Positions 55,200-64,000 are shown, counted from the stretch's first letter. The stretch: 64,000 bases of DNA from Candidatus Zipacnadia bacterium (GCA_029821635.1 JALGSW010000042.1:19202-83201); one strand, 5' to 3'. A program made the numbers and translations. Notes: generated by a model not told the origin, from the sequence alone.

Positions 55200-58100
55200 A
55201 GCACCGTATTCGTCAGCATCACCGCCGAGATGCGCGCGCCGTCCTCGCGCGCGAGGATGCGGACGGTGTGCTCGCCCGCGTCGAGCTTCGCCGTCGGGCC
55301 CTGGGTCCACAGCCACTCGCCCATCCGGCCCGCGTTGCCGAACTCCACCGGGTCGGCGTCGTCGATCTGCGCGTAGAACGAATTGCCCTTGTCATCGAGC
55401 CACCAGCAGTGCCCGAGCAGCGTGTACTCGCCCGCCGTCGGGAGCGTCAGCGTCCACGTGGCCGAGCCCGCGTCATCAGCGGCCTGCCAGGGGCTCGGGT
55501 TGAAGCGCACGTCGCGCGGCACGTGGATGAAGCGCATCCCGCCGTCGTCGTCGATGGCGAACGGCTCCGTGAGCGCGGCTGCGTCCGCCTCGGACTGCTC
55601 ACGCACCATCGACTCCACGACGCGCACCGTGAAGTCGCGCTTCCACGTGCGGTCGCCGCAGGTAATCTCCAGCAGCGAGTCTGCCGAGCATGGCGCGGTC
55701 CCGTCGGGCGGACAGGCGGTGACGGTGGCGGTCGCGGTCTCGCCCGGCCCGATGGTGAGCGTGGTCGGCTCACACGCGATGCGCAGGAGCTCGGAGGTAC
55801 CCCGGAGCGTTGCCTCGACCGGCTCGTCGGTGGTGTTGCGCAGTTGCACCTGGCCCTGCCACGGCTGGTCCGGGCAGCAGATCGGGATGCTGTCGGGCAG
55901 GAGGACCTCCAGCGGCGTGATTCGCGGCTGCACGTGCGCGAGCGAGGAGTACATCCACGAACACGAGCGCGAGCTTGGGCCGGTCATGCTCAGCAGCTCC
56001 TCGGTCAGCGTGCCGAACCAGTCATCGCCGGTGTAGCGGTAGGGGTAGCTGAGCGCGCCCGTGCACTGGGTGGTGGCGCTGTAGCCGGTCTTGCAGCGTG
56101 GCGCCTGCTTGTACCAGAAGCGCGCGGGCGGCCCCATCGGCTCGGTGGTCAGCCACTCACCGACGCCGAGGCACATGCGCATCGCGCGCTCCTCACCGGT
56201 GGCCTCGTAGAAGCGCCCGAGGCCGCGGCCGAGGATGCCGTGCATGAATGCGGTGCCGCCCTCGTAGGAGGGCTGCTCGGAGATCGGCACGCTCACCACG
56301 CCGCGCACCGGGTCCTGGATCGTCGCCATCCAGTCGAGGATCGAGTCGCCGGCGGCCTTGTAGCGCTCGTCACCGGTCATGCGGTAGAGGCTCGAGAGCG
56401 CGATGAGCGTCCAGCCCGGCCCGCGCTCCTGGCCGCCGGCGCCGTAGCGACCGTTCTCGACCGTCCAGACGTACCAGTCGCCCATCTTGCGCGCGGTCTC
56501 CTCGGCGCGCACGTCACCGGTGAGCAGCCAGTAATCCAGCAGGCCCTCGACCCACGAGTGGCCGTTGCTCGCGCCACCGACGCAGTGGTCCGGGAACCAG
56601 CCCTCGTCGACAATATGCCTGGAGTTGTGATGGTGCGGGGCGCCGATGAGATGCTCGCGGCCCGGGGCCCAGTGGTAGCAGTCCGTGGCTTCGTAGTGCC
56701 GCGCGGCCTCCTCACCGATCTCGAAGTAGCGCCGGTCACCGGAGCGGAACCACTCCACGAGGAAGCCGTGATGGTGGTCATACTCCTGGTTGCTCCAGAA
56801 CGTGTAACTCGGCCCGTAGCCCCACTCGAAGGTGTCGTCCCCGTAGTTCTCCATCCCGTACTCGCTGCGCTTCTCGCGCTTGGCCATGTAGCCCTCGTGG
56901 AGGTGGTCGATGGCCTCCTCGTAGCGCGGGAAGAGGAACTCGTTCTCGGCGGGCATCTCACCGAGCGCCAGTGTGCCGACTGCGTAGCGCGAGTCGGACG
57001 CAGCGATGAGACGGTCGCGGAAGGCCTCGAAGGCGTCGGCCGAGTTCGTGTCCGTGCCTGCGGGCTCGAAGCCCAGCATCACCTCATGCGTGATGCCCTC
57101 GCCCTGGTAGAGCACGAACGGGCCGTCGGAGAACTGCGTGTGGCTGTCCATCGGGATCAGGTCGAGCGCGATGCCGCCCGCGCCAACCTCGACGGCCTTC
57201 GGCCACTTCTCCCACCACCAGCGGGTGGCGACGGCGAGCGCCGGGCCGTTGCCGCCCGTGGGCGCGAGGCGCGCGAAGCCCTGCGTGCGAACCTGCTGTG
57301 CGGCGGGACCATCGGCGCCGATCGTGCCGCTGTCAAGCTCGAGCTGGCTGCACGAGGCGGACGCGCCGGAGGCGGGCGCGTCATCGCCCCAGACGGTCGC
57401 CTGCGCGCCATCGCCCGCCCACGGGCAGGGCATGTTCAGCCGCACCTGCCGGAGCTTCTGCGTCTCCGTGTCCTCCTTGTGCGTGAAGACGTAGCTCAGG
57501 CGCGTGGTCGGCGAGCCGAGGTAGAACTCCTGGATGATGTCGAACTCCAGCAGCGTCGAGCCATCTTCGGCGGTGTGCCGGCCGATGCGCCGGATCACCG
57601 CGCGCAGCGGCCCAGCCTCGATCACCTGCGTGTCGGTGACCTCGCCCAGCGCGGAGGAGTATTGCGTGCCATCCTCGGCGGTCACCAGCGCGGCCCACGG
57701 CTCATCGCCGATCATCTGCGTGCCGTCGAGCACCGCGCTGTCCACGAGCGTGCCGCGGGTGGTGCTCAGCGTGGCCTGCAGCGGCCCGGTGTTCACGGCG
57801 ATGCGGCCGTCCTGCTCGTTGACGGTCAGTATCCGCCCCGGGAACTCCGCGGGCCGCACCTGTGAGCCGAACTCGACGGTGTACTGCGCGTTCGCATTGG
57901 CATCGACCGACGCGGGGAAGCTCACCAGCGCGAACATCACTGAGCCGTCGGGCCAGGAGTTGAGCGCCCGCGCCTGCACCGGGACCTCCGCGCCGGAGGC
58001 GTCGAGCACGCGCAGATTCCGCGCTGAGGTCAGCGCCCCGTACGCGAAGGGCAGGCCCTGCGTGGCGACTTCGCCCGAGCGCGCGACGCCCGCGTGGTCG

Positions 58101-59836
58101 CTGACGGTCATCGTGAACGAGTCGCGCGCAGGCTCCTCGCCCGGCTGGTAACACGGTGGCTCGATCGCGACCTCCTCGCGCACGGGCTTGCGCTCGACCA
58201 GCTCGCGCGGGAGCAGCGCGATCTCCTCGACGCGCATGACCTCCGTGCGGTCGCGCGTGGCGTCGAGGCGCACCTCGTCGCCGCGATTGACCTGCACCGG
58301 GCCGAAGACCGCGTGCCACTGCCCGTAGTCATCGGCGGTCATTTGCACCTCGCCGACCTGCTTCCCGCCAACCGACAGCCGCAGTCGCGACTGGCCGGTG
58401 TGGTCGTCGCGCAGGCCGATGGCGGCGTAGTACTGGCCGCTCTCGCCGGTGAACGGGCGGCGCAGCGAGCCCTCCGGCGCGCCGATTTGCATCGCGCCAT
58501 CATCCTCGGCGAAGCCCTCGGCCTCCATCTGCCGCGCGGGGATGCGCTGGATGCCCGGGAACATCTCGACGCCCGCCCAGAAGACCTCGGTCAGGAAGGG
58601 CTTCTCCGTGCCCTGGCGGTCGCGCACCTGCAGGGAGATGGTGACCTCGTCCTTGCCGCGGATCGCGTTGGAGATGTCCGCGAGGTAGAAGCGCCGGTCG
58701 GCCGGGCGGGGGTTGCGGCCCAGCACGTCCATGTCCCAGACCTGCTCGCCATCGACGAGCACTTCGCAGAAGCGCATATCGCGCTTCTTGTTCTCGTAGG
58801 TGGCTACAGCGCGGTCACCCTCATAGTCCCTGTCCACGCCGCCGCAGTAGTCATCGGAGACGTAGAAGCGCAGGTAGCAGCCGCCCTCGGCGTCCACGGG
58901 GACGGTGCGGCTCACGCGCCCGAAGGCGCCCTCCTCGGTGTCCTCGTGCGGGTGCGAGATCGTGAAGACCGCCCGGCGGTCGGGCTTGCCGGTGAACTTG
59001 CCCTGCGACTCGAAGGTCCAGCCTGCGCCTTGGCGCCCGTCGTCGAGCGGCCACGCGCCGCCCGCGGTGGGCTCGGGCAGCAGGTCGGAGACGCTGCGGT
59101 GGTAGCACTCGGGCACGGCGCTCGCTCCTTCCGGCCAGTCGGGGGAGTGTGAGAGCGCATACGTGACGAGGTTCGCGAACAGCTTCGCGCCGGCGGAATC
59201 GGGCCCGTCGCCATCGCTGAACCAGGCATGCTCGGGGATCAACTGCGTCAGCACGATCCGCCCCATGCCATACTCAAGCTCGATCATCCCGTAGTGCTCG
59301 CCATCGCTGGCGGCGGGCTCCGCGTCCCAGCCCTGCTGCTTCCCGGCGCTGATGAGTGGCACCCAGCCCTCGCCCAGGTCGTACCAGGCGTCGTAGATGC
59401 TGCCCATGTGGACCTGCAGGAGCGTCTCGCGCGTGAGTTCGTTCGGCTGGTGGAAGATCGGGTGGTCGGGCACGAGGACCTCGCCGAACTCGTACGAGCG
59501 ATCGTTCTTCGCGGGCACGGGCAGCCACGCATCGGCCCTGCGGTTGCGCATGCCGAGGAAGACGCCGCCGCTGTCGACGAAGCGCCGGAGCCTGGTAGGC
59601 GAGTCCTTGATGGGCGAGCGGTCCTCGTCCATGGCGCTGATGATGACGGTGTAGTCGAAGATGTTGATGCGCCCGGCCTTGTAGTCGGGCCAGGTGGTCT
59701 GCTCGAAGGGGATGTCGAGGGCTTCAAGGGCGGACGCGGTCCCGCCTCCGCCGACGAGCAGCACGCGCGGCTCGGCGGCAAGGACCGCACTCGCTACGAG
59801 CAGGACGATCAGCGCGACGGTCAGTGTGCGGGTCAT
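55196..59836 (-). CDS. giant secreted multidomain protein (1546 aa): ThuA/GATase1-like N-domain, heparinase-II/III-like or six-hairpin central region, C-terminal CBM-like domain
   Basis: ORF 55196..60079 trimmed to MTRTLTVALIVLLVASAVLAA. His/Tyr-rich region (…YDHHHGFLVEWF…APHHHNSRH…) resembles lyase/hydrolase toroids. Domain calls are tentative. The stop TAG lies in a family A repeat. Confidence 0.6.
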   Translation of the reverse strand: MTRTLTVALIVLLVASAVLAAEPRVLLVGGGGTASALEALDIPFEQTTWPDYKAGRINIFDYTVIISAMDEDRSPIKDSPTRLRRFVDSGGVFLGMRNRRADAWLPVPAKNDRSYEFGEVLVPDHPIFHQPNELTRETLLQVHMGSIYDAWYDLGEGWVPLISAGKQQGWDAEPAASDGEHYGMIELEYGMGRIVLTQLIPEHAWFSDGDGPDSAGAKLFANLVTYALSHSPDWPEGASAVPECYHRSVSDLLPEPTAGGAWPLDDGRQGAGWTFESQGKFTGKPDRRAVFTISHPHEDTEEGAFGRVSRTVPVDAEGGCYLRFYVSDDYCGGVDRDYEGDRAVATYENKKRDMRFCEVLVDGEQVWDMDVLGRNPRPADRRFYLADISNAIRGKDEVTISLQVRDRQGTEKPFLTEVFWAGVEMFPGIQRIPARQMEAEGFAEDDGAMQIGAPEGSLRRPFTGESGQYYAAIGLRDDHTGQSRLRLSVGGKQVGEVQMTADDYGQWHAVFGPVQVNRGDEVRLDATRDRTEVMRVEEIALLPRELVERKPVREEVAIEPPCYQPGEEPARDSFTMTVSDHAGVARSGEVATQGLPFAYGALTSARNLRVLDASGAEVPVQARALNSWPDGSVMFALVSFPASVDANANAQYTVEFGSQVRPAEFPGRILTVNEQDGRIAVNTGPLQATLSTTRGTLVDSAVLDGTQMIGDEPWAALVTAEDGTQYSSALGEVTDTQVIEAGPLRAVIRRIGRHTAEDGSTLLEFDIIQEFYLGSPTTRLSYVFTHKEDTETQKLRQVRLNMPCPWAGDGAQATVWGDDAPASGASASCSQLELDSGTIGADGPAAQQVRTQGFARLAPTGGNGPALAVATRWWWEKWPKAVEVGAGGIALDLIPMDSHTQFSDGPFVLYQGEGITHEVMLGFEPAGTDTNSADAFEAFRDRLIAASDSRYAVGTLALGEMPAENEFLFPRYEEAIDHLHEGYMAKREKRSEYGMENYGDDTFEWGYGPSYTFWSNQEYDHHHGFLVEWFRSGDRRYFEIGEEAARHYEATDCYHWAPGREHLIGAPHHHNSRHIVDEGWFPDHCVGGASNGHSWVEGLLDYWLLTGDVRAEETARKMGDWYVWTVENGRYGAGGQERGPGWTLIALSSLYRMTGDERYKAAGDSILDWMATIQDPVRGVVSVPISEQPSYEGGTAFMHGILGRGLGRFYEATGEERAMRMCLGVGEWLTTEPMGPPARFWYKQAPRCKTGYSATTQCTGALSYPYRYTGDDWFGTLTEELLSMTGPSSRSCSWMYSSLAHVQPRITPLEVLLPDSIPICCPDQPWQGQVQLRNTTDEPVEATLRGTSELLRIACEPTTLTIGPGETATATVTACPPDGTAPCSADSLLEITCGDRTWKRDFTVRVVESMVREQSEADAAALTEPFAIDDDGGMRFIHVPRDVRFNPSPWQAADDAGSATWTLTLPTAGEYTLLGHCWWLDDKGNSFYAQIDDADPVEFGNAGRMGEWLWTQGPTAKLDAGEHTVRILAREDGARISAVMLTNTVL

Positions 59837-59930
59837 GGTGAGTGCCTCCTGATAGCTGCGAACGACGTCGTTGCCCAGTCGTATGGAGGGGAGGGGCTTC
59901 AGCCGCTCCCACGTGCTCCGATACCCCCCA

Positions 59931-59990
59931 ACGGCCGACGCATGTAAACGGCACATGCGTCGCTCCGAACGACAACGGCGGAACGGCGAA
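59931..59990. repeat. family D element (GACGCATGT-AAACGGC-ACATGCGTC) with AACGAC/AACGGC tail
   Basis: acggccgacgcatgtaaacggcacatgcgtcgctccgaacgacaacggcggaacggcgaacggc. Same architecture as 4221-4262 with a compensatory change in the stem. Confidence 0.8.
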
Positions 59991-59994
59991 CGGC

Positions 59995-60879
59995 TCACTC
60001 GCAGATCGCCTGAAGCTCCGCGAGGCGTTCGGGTGACTGGCGCTGCGCGTCCGGCAGCGGGTCGGGTAGGCCCAACCATGAGTACTTCCCGCCCGTCGCC
60101 GGGTTGAAGGGCAGAAGCTCAATCCGCTCCACGCCGAGGCTCCTTGCCAGCGTCGCGATCTCGCGGACCGCCTCGTCCGTGTCATTCACGCCCGGGATCA
60201 GCGGCACGCGCACCAGCACGTCCGCGCCGCTCGCGAGCAACGCCCGCAGGTTCGCGATGATCTGCTCGTTCGGCGCGCCCGTGTACGCCTCGTGGGCCGC
60301 CGAGTCCGCCAGCTTCAGATCGTAGAGCCACAGGTCCAAGGCCTCGGCGAGGCGCTCGATCGTCTCCCATGGCGCGAGCCCGCAGGTCTCCAGCGCCACG
60401 TGGATGCCCGCGTCGCGGCAGAGGCTCGCGATGGCGTGCGCGAAGTCGGCCTGCGCGGTCGGCTCGCCGCCGGTGATCGTCACCCCGCCGCCCGTGCGCG
60501 CGAAGAAGGGCGTCAGGCGCGCTGCCATGTCGGCGATCTCGCCCGCGGTCGCCTCGCGGCCCTTGACCTCCAGCGCGCCCGCCGGGCAGGCCTCGATGCA
60601 CGCGCCGCACAGCGTGCAGCGCGCGCGATCCTCCGGGGCGATCAGCCCCGGTCGGCGGATGCGCTGCGGGCAGGCATTCACGCACGCGCCGCAGTGTGTG
60701 CAGCGGGTCTCGTACCAGACGATCTCGGGCGCGAATGCCTGCGACTCGGGGCTGTGACACCACGCGCAGTGCAGCGGGCAGCCCTTCAGGAAGACGGTCA
60801 TACGCACGCCGGGTCCATCGTGCAGCGCGGTCTGGTCGATATCGAAGATCGTGCCGGTCACATCGCGCAAGTCCTTCAC
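59995..60879 (-). CDS. glycyl-radical enzyme activating protein (radical SAM with ferredoxin-like insert)
   Basis: GCPLHCAWC (CxxxCxxC) followed by CTHCGACVNACP and CTLCGACIEACP motifs. GTG start overlaps the GRE stop (GTGA) with GAGGAG upstream. The rest of the track ORF is antisense overlap. Confidence 0.8.
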   Translation of the reverse strand: MKDLRDVTGTIFDIDQTALHDGPGVRMTVFLKGCPLHCAWCHSPESQAFAPEIVWYETRCTHCGACVNACPQRIRRPGLIAPEDRARCTLCGACIEACPAGALEVKGREATAGEIADMAARLTPFFARTGGGVTITGGEPTAQADFAHAIASLCRDAGIHVALETCGLAPWETIERLAEALDLWLYDLKLADSAAHEAYTGAPNEQIIANLRALLASGADVLVRVPLIPGVNDTDEAVREIATLARSLGVERIELLPFNPATGGKYSWLGLPDPLPDAQRQSPERLAELQAICE

Positions 60880-63164
60880 CAGCCCAACTCCTCGCGCGCG
60901 ATGACTTCCTCCTGCGCGTGCTTGCTCAGCAGCACGAAGGGCACGAGGTAGCCGCCGATGCGCACGAACAGGTCGCGGTGCGCGTCGGGATTCGCCTGCG
61001 CCGCGCGCATCTGCTCGGTGGAGGCGAGGTTGAACTGAAGCTGGTAGGCGCCGAGGTCCATCGCGGCCTCGGTGAGGCCCTTGAGCGCGTCGGCGCCCTC
61101 GTCGGTGTCGAGCACACTCGCCTGGAAGCGCACGTTGCAGGTGGTGCCGCCGAGCCCGCGCGAGTTGTCGAACTCGTCGGTGATCGAGCGTACCAGCGCC
61201 GGGAAGCCGTTCGTCTGCACGCCGGTGCAGTTCATGATCGAATTCGCCAGCGGCTCGCCCGCGAGGCGGCCGTCGGGTGTGGCGGGCGTGCGCTCGCCGT
61301 AGGCGATCCAGACGGTCCAGCCGAGGAAGCCGGGCAGGAACGGGCCTCCGAGGTAGTTGCGGTTGCCCTCGACCAGGTCCGACCAGCCCCCCGCGACTTC
61401 GCCGAAGAGCCGGTTGCACTGGGCATCGTCGGTCCCATGCTTGGGGCAGTCGCGCTTGATCGCGCGGCGCAGGTCGTCGTGGCCGCGGAAGTTGTCGCGG
61501 ATCGCCGAGCGGAAGTTGTCGAGCGTGTACTCGCCGCGCTCCTCGACCAGCGTCTGCACCGCCGCGAGCGCGTCCACCACGTTCGACGCGCCGACCGCCT
61601 CGGGCTGGATGAAGTTGTAGAGCGCGCCGCCGTCGGACATGTTCCGGCCGCTCTCGATGCAGCCCTCGATGAGGCACGAAAGCAGCGGGAAGGGCCGGTG
61701 GATCGACTGCAGCCACAGGTCGCGGTTGCACTGGATCACCGCGCCATCGACCGCATGGGCCAGCACGCGCTCGTAGGCGTGGCGGAGTTCGGCGTACGTT
61801 GTAGGACAGGCTTTCCAGCCTGTCAATGTCCTACGAACGGCCCAACTGGCGGGCGGGTCGGTCAGCCGCAGGCCGACGTCCGCCGCGAAGTCATCGGCAT
61901 GGCCCTTCTCCGGGTGCACGCCGCCGAAGAGCGCGTACTCCAGGCACATCGCGAGGTTGACGTAGGGCCATGCGACGTGCGGGTTGCTGCGGCCCATGAT
62001 CGAAGTCTCGGTGCAGGTGCTGGGCAGGTGATCGACCGCGTGCTCGAAGGGCACGCCGTGCCGCACGAGGCCCTTCGTGATTTGGTCGGAGTTGAAGATC
62101 GATGGCTGGCCCTTGCCGTTGCGCAGCAGGGCCATCGCGTGGCGCATGAACTGCGGATCGATGTCCGCGTGCCACGAGATGTCGATGCCGGGGAAGTACA
62201 TCTCCACCCGATCGGTCAGCTCGAGGATGCGGAACGAAAGCTCGTTGGTGCCGTCGGAGCCGTCGGGCTTGCGGCCGCCGATCACGAGAATCACAGCGCT
62301 CATCGACGGGCCCTGGAACTCGTTGCACTTGATCATGAGCTGGGCCAGCAGGTCCTCGGTAAGCGCCTCGTCGAGCGTGCCCGCATCGCGTTCGGCCTCG
62401 TAGAAACGCCGCAGCCACTGATCGATGCGCCCCGGGCCGAAGCAGTGGTGATGCTGGGAGTTCTCCAGCGCGCAGCCCATGAACATGAACCAGCCGAGCT
62501 GGATCGCCTCGCGGAAGCTGCGCGGCGGCTCGTGGGCGATCTGCCGGCAGGTCGCGGCGGCCTCGCGCAGGTCATCGGCCCACGCGGGATCGGTGGCGTC
62601 GTCGGCCATCTCCTGCGCGAGGTCGGCGTAGCGCTCGATGAGCCGCTGCAGGCCGCCGAGGGCGATGCGCGCGGCCTCGTAGAAGTGCTGCTTCGCAGGC
62701 GTCTGCGGGTCGTCGGGCCGCAGCGCGTGCTCGGCGTCGTCGATGCGCTCCATGATGCCGCCGAGGCCCTGCTTGCACGCGGTCGGGTAGTCCGGCGCCA
62801 TGTGCCCCTCGGAGACGAAGCCGCGCCACTGCTCACGCCCGAGGTAGGCGTTCGCCTCGGCGATCTCCGCGGCGAGGGCCTCATCGGCGTGCGTGTTCGG
62901 GTGCCGGCCGACGAGCCTCTCGCCCTCGCGGATGCGCACGGGCATCTGCTCGAAGAGGTGCGCGACGGCCTGCGCCACGCGTATCTGCCGGCGCGGCTCA
63001 CCCTCGGTGGCGCGGAAGCTCTCGGCCATGATGATCGCGCGCTCGTCGAAGGCGCCCCCGTCGGCGAGGACGTCCTCGCGCAGCGCGCGCGACCACTCCG
63101 AGAGCCCGTCGGGGCCTACGGGGCGGGGCAGGGCGTCGGTTGTACGATCTGCGACGGTTGCCAT
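60876..63164 (-). CDS. glycyl radical enzyme (PFL-like / 1,2-diol-dehydratase-lyase family)
   Basis: ORF 60876..63644 trimmed to MATVADRTTD (ATG 63162-63164, GAAGGAGA RBS). Cys-loop LIEGCIESG. Glycyl motif FVRIGGYLVPF near the C-terminus. Contains an in-frame family A repeat at ~61795-61840. Confidence 0.8.
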   Translation of the reverse strand: MATVADRTTDALPRPVGPDGLSEWSRALREDVLADGGAFDERAIIMAESFRATEGEPRRQIRVAQAVAHLFEQMPVRIREGERLVGRHPNTHADEALAAEIAEANAYLGREQWRGFVSEGHMAPDYPTACKQGLGGIMERIDDAEHALRPDDPQTPAKQHFYEAARIALGGLQRLIERYADLAQEMADDATDPAWADDLREAAATCRQIAHEPPRSFREAIQLGWFMFMGCALENSQHHHCFGPGRIDQWLRRFYEAERDAGTLDEALTEDLLAQLMIKCNEFQGPSMSAVILVIGGRKPDGSDGTNELSFRILELTDRVEMYFPGIDISWHADIDPQFMRHAMALLRNGKGQPSIFNSDQITKGLVRHGVPFEHAVDHLPSTCTETSIMGRSNPHVAWPYVNLAMCLEYALFGGVHPEKGHADDFAADVGLRLTDPPASWAVRRTLTGWKACPTTYAELRHAYERVLAHAVDGAVIQCNRDLWLQSIHRPFPLLSCLIEGCIESGRNMSDGGALYNFIQPEAVGASNVVDALAAVQTLVEERGEYTLDNFRSAIRDNFRGHDDLRRAIKRDCPKHGTDDAQCNRLFGEVAGGWSDLVEGNRNYLGGPFLPGFLGWTVWIAYGERTPATPDGRLAGEPLANSIMNCTGVQTNGFPALVRSITDEFDNSRGLGGTTCNVRFQASVLDTDEGADALKGLTEAAMDLGAYQLQFNLASTEQMRAAQANPDAHRDLFVRIGGYLVPFVLLSKHAQEEVIAREELGW
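61801..61824. repeat. family A palindromic element located inside the glycyl-radical-enzyme CDS, in frame
   Basis: gtaggacaggctttccagcctgtcaatgtcctacgaacg. Translates on the gene strand as …RRTLTGWKACPTT… without a stop. Confidence 0.8.
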
Positions 63165-63201
63165 GATCGGTCTCCTTCGCGTGAATGCGAACGACAACAG
63201 C

Positions 63202-63245
63202 GACGGGCTGGAAGCCCGTCCTACAAACGACGTAACGTCAACGAC
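63202..63245. repeat. family B element with AACGAC tail, between the GRE start and the sulfatase stop
   Basis: aacgacaacagcgacgggctggaagcccgtcctacaaacgacgtaacgtcaacgacg. Confidence 0.85.
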
Positions 63246-63249
63246 GTCG

Positions 63250-63312
63250 TTCTCCCCCTCTCCCGCTTGAAACCGCGTCGTTTGCGGTTTCCAGGGAGAG
63301 GGGGCCGGGGGG
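63250..63312. repeat. family E nested palindrome: CCCCCTCTCCC-[GAAACCGCG-TCGTTTG-CGGTTTC]-GGGAGAGGGGG
   Basis: tctccccctctcccgcttgaaaccgcgtcgtttgcggtttccagggagagggggccgggggg. Confidence 0.75.
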
Positions 63313-63327
63313 TGAGGTAGCCTTACG

Positions 63328-64000
63328 CTAGTTAAACACCGCCCGCTGCTCCCGGATGATGCGCCGCTGGCCCTCGGCCCAGGGGTCGAGGAGCTCGCGC
63401 AGATACCAGACCTCTTCCGGATTCGCGTCGGCGAGGTTGTTCGCCTCGCTGAAGTCCTCAGCGATGTTCGACAGCCACACCTCGGGCACCGAGTCGTCGT
63501 TGTCGCGCAATCCTCCGTTGAGCACCAGCTTCCAGTCGCCGCGGCGGATGGCGGTCTGGCCCGCGAGGTGCCAGGCGATCCAGTCGTGGGGATTATCCGC
63601 CCCGTTGACCACCATGTCCAGCAGCGAGACGCCGTCGAGGTCATAGCGGGACAGATCGCCGCCCACCGCCTCGAGCATCGTGGGGAAGATGTCCATCATG
63701 ATACCCACTTCCGAGGACACCTGCCCGCCGGCGATGGTTCCCGGCCAACTCATGATCGCGGGCTCGCGGACGCCGCCGTCCCAGCAGGTGCCCTTGTGCC
63801 CCTTCAGGCCGCCGGTGGTGCCGCCGTAGTAGGGGTCCCTGGTGCCATCGAGCCAGTTGCGCGTCTCCCGCGACGGGCCGTTGTCCGACGAGAAGAAGAT
63901 GAGGGTGTCCTCGCGGATGCCCTCGGCCTCCAGCGCCGCGATGATCCGGCCCACGCCATCGTCCATGCACGCGATCATTGCCGCCATGATCTGCTTGTCC
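63328..64000 (-). CDS. sulfatase (arylsulfatase family), C-terminal part; N-terminus beyond window edge
   Basis: FFSSDNGP and GHKGTCWDGGVREPAIMSWPG sulfatase signature regions. The reading frame stays open to the window edge. Confidence 0.8.
   Translation of the reverse strand, partial: DKQIMAAMIACMDDGVGRIIAALEAEGIREDTLIFFSSDNGPSRETRNWLDGTRDPYYGGTTGGLKGHKGTCWDGGVREPAIMSWPGTIAGGQVSSEVGIMMDIFPTMLEAVGGDLSRYDLDGVSLLDMVVNGADNPHDWIAWHLAGQTAIRRGDWKLVLNGGLRDNDDSVPEVWLSNIAEDFSEANNLADANPEEVWYLRELLDPWAEGQRRIIREQRAVFN

Noticed and set aside
1-64000. CRISPR arrays, tRNA/rRNA genes, IS elements/transposases, integrases, toxin-antitoxin or restriction-modification genes
   Set aside because: None recognised by eye. 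The short repeats present are palindromic REP-like elements without regular spacer structure. tRNA detection by eye is unreliable, so a tRNAscan/Infernal pass is still advisable.

Overview
High-GC (~68%) bacterial chromosome segment that looks Planctomycetes-like in gene content: sulfatases, a DUF4838 protein, giant secreted proteins, an orphan GspF, and flgM under a sigma-28 promoter. Only the minus-strand arm 1..15300 contains the replication-origin neighbourhood, in a rearranged form: dnaA (10156-11613), a lipoprotein gene, dnaN (7601-8713), a secreted glycosidase-like gene, recF, a DUF721/DciA-like gene, then rtcB and a partial P-type Ca-ATPase in place of gyrB. A cluster of perfect DnaA boxes and an AT-richer stretch upstream of dnaA (11760-12110) is the best oriC candidate. 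The rest of the window is metabolic and cell-envelope genes plus a polysaccharide-degradation/cell-surface island. The metabolic and envelope block contains dut, a TlpA-like lipoprotein, tandem EamA transporters, a class V aminotransferase, a sugar-phosphate isomerase, a peroxiredoxin, a URO-D family protein, and a heparinase II/III-like lyase. A GtrABC/ArnCT-like module follows: a GT-C transferase, a GT2 polyprenol-P-sugar synthase and two paralogous small membrane proteins. The degradation island carries a DUF4838 protein, an ankyrin lipoprotein, a LamG-beta-helix protein, a CBM-glycosidase, FG-GAP proteins, a CarboxypepD_reg-repeat protein, a 1546-aa secreted protein, and a glycyl-radical enzyme with its activase flanked by sulfatases. 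An ECF sigma / ZAS anti-sigma / RseB-like operon sits next to flgM. The most unusual signal is a set of at least five families of short GC-rich palindromic (REP/RPE-like) elements sharing AACGGC/AACGAC motifs. They sit precisely at gene ends, often donating the stop codon, and in at least three genes (the glycyl radical enzyme, the DUF4838 protein, an EamA transporter) they lie inside the CDS in frame. Most long plus/minus ORFs in the supplied track are antisense artefacts of the high GC content and were discarded.
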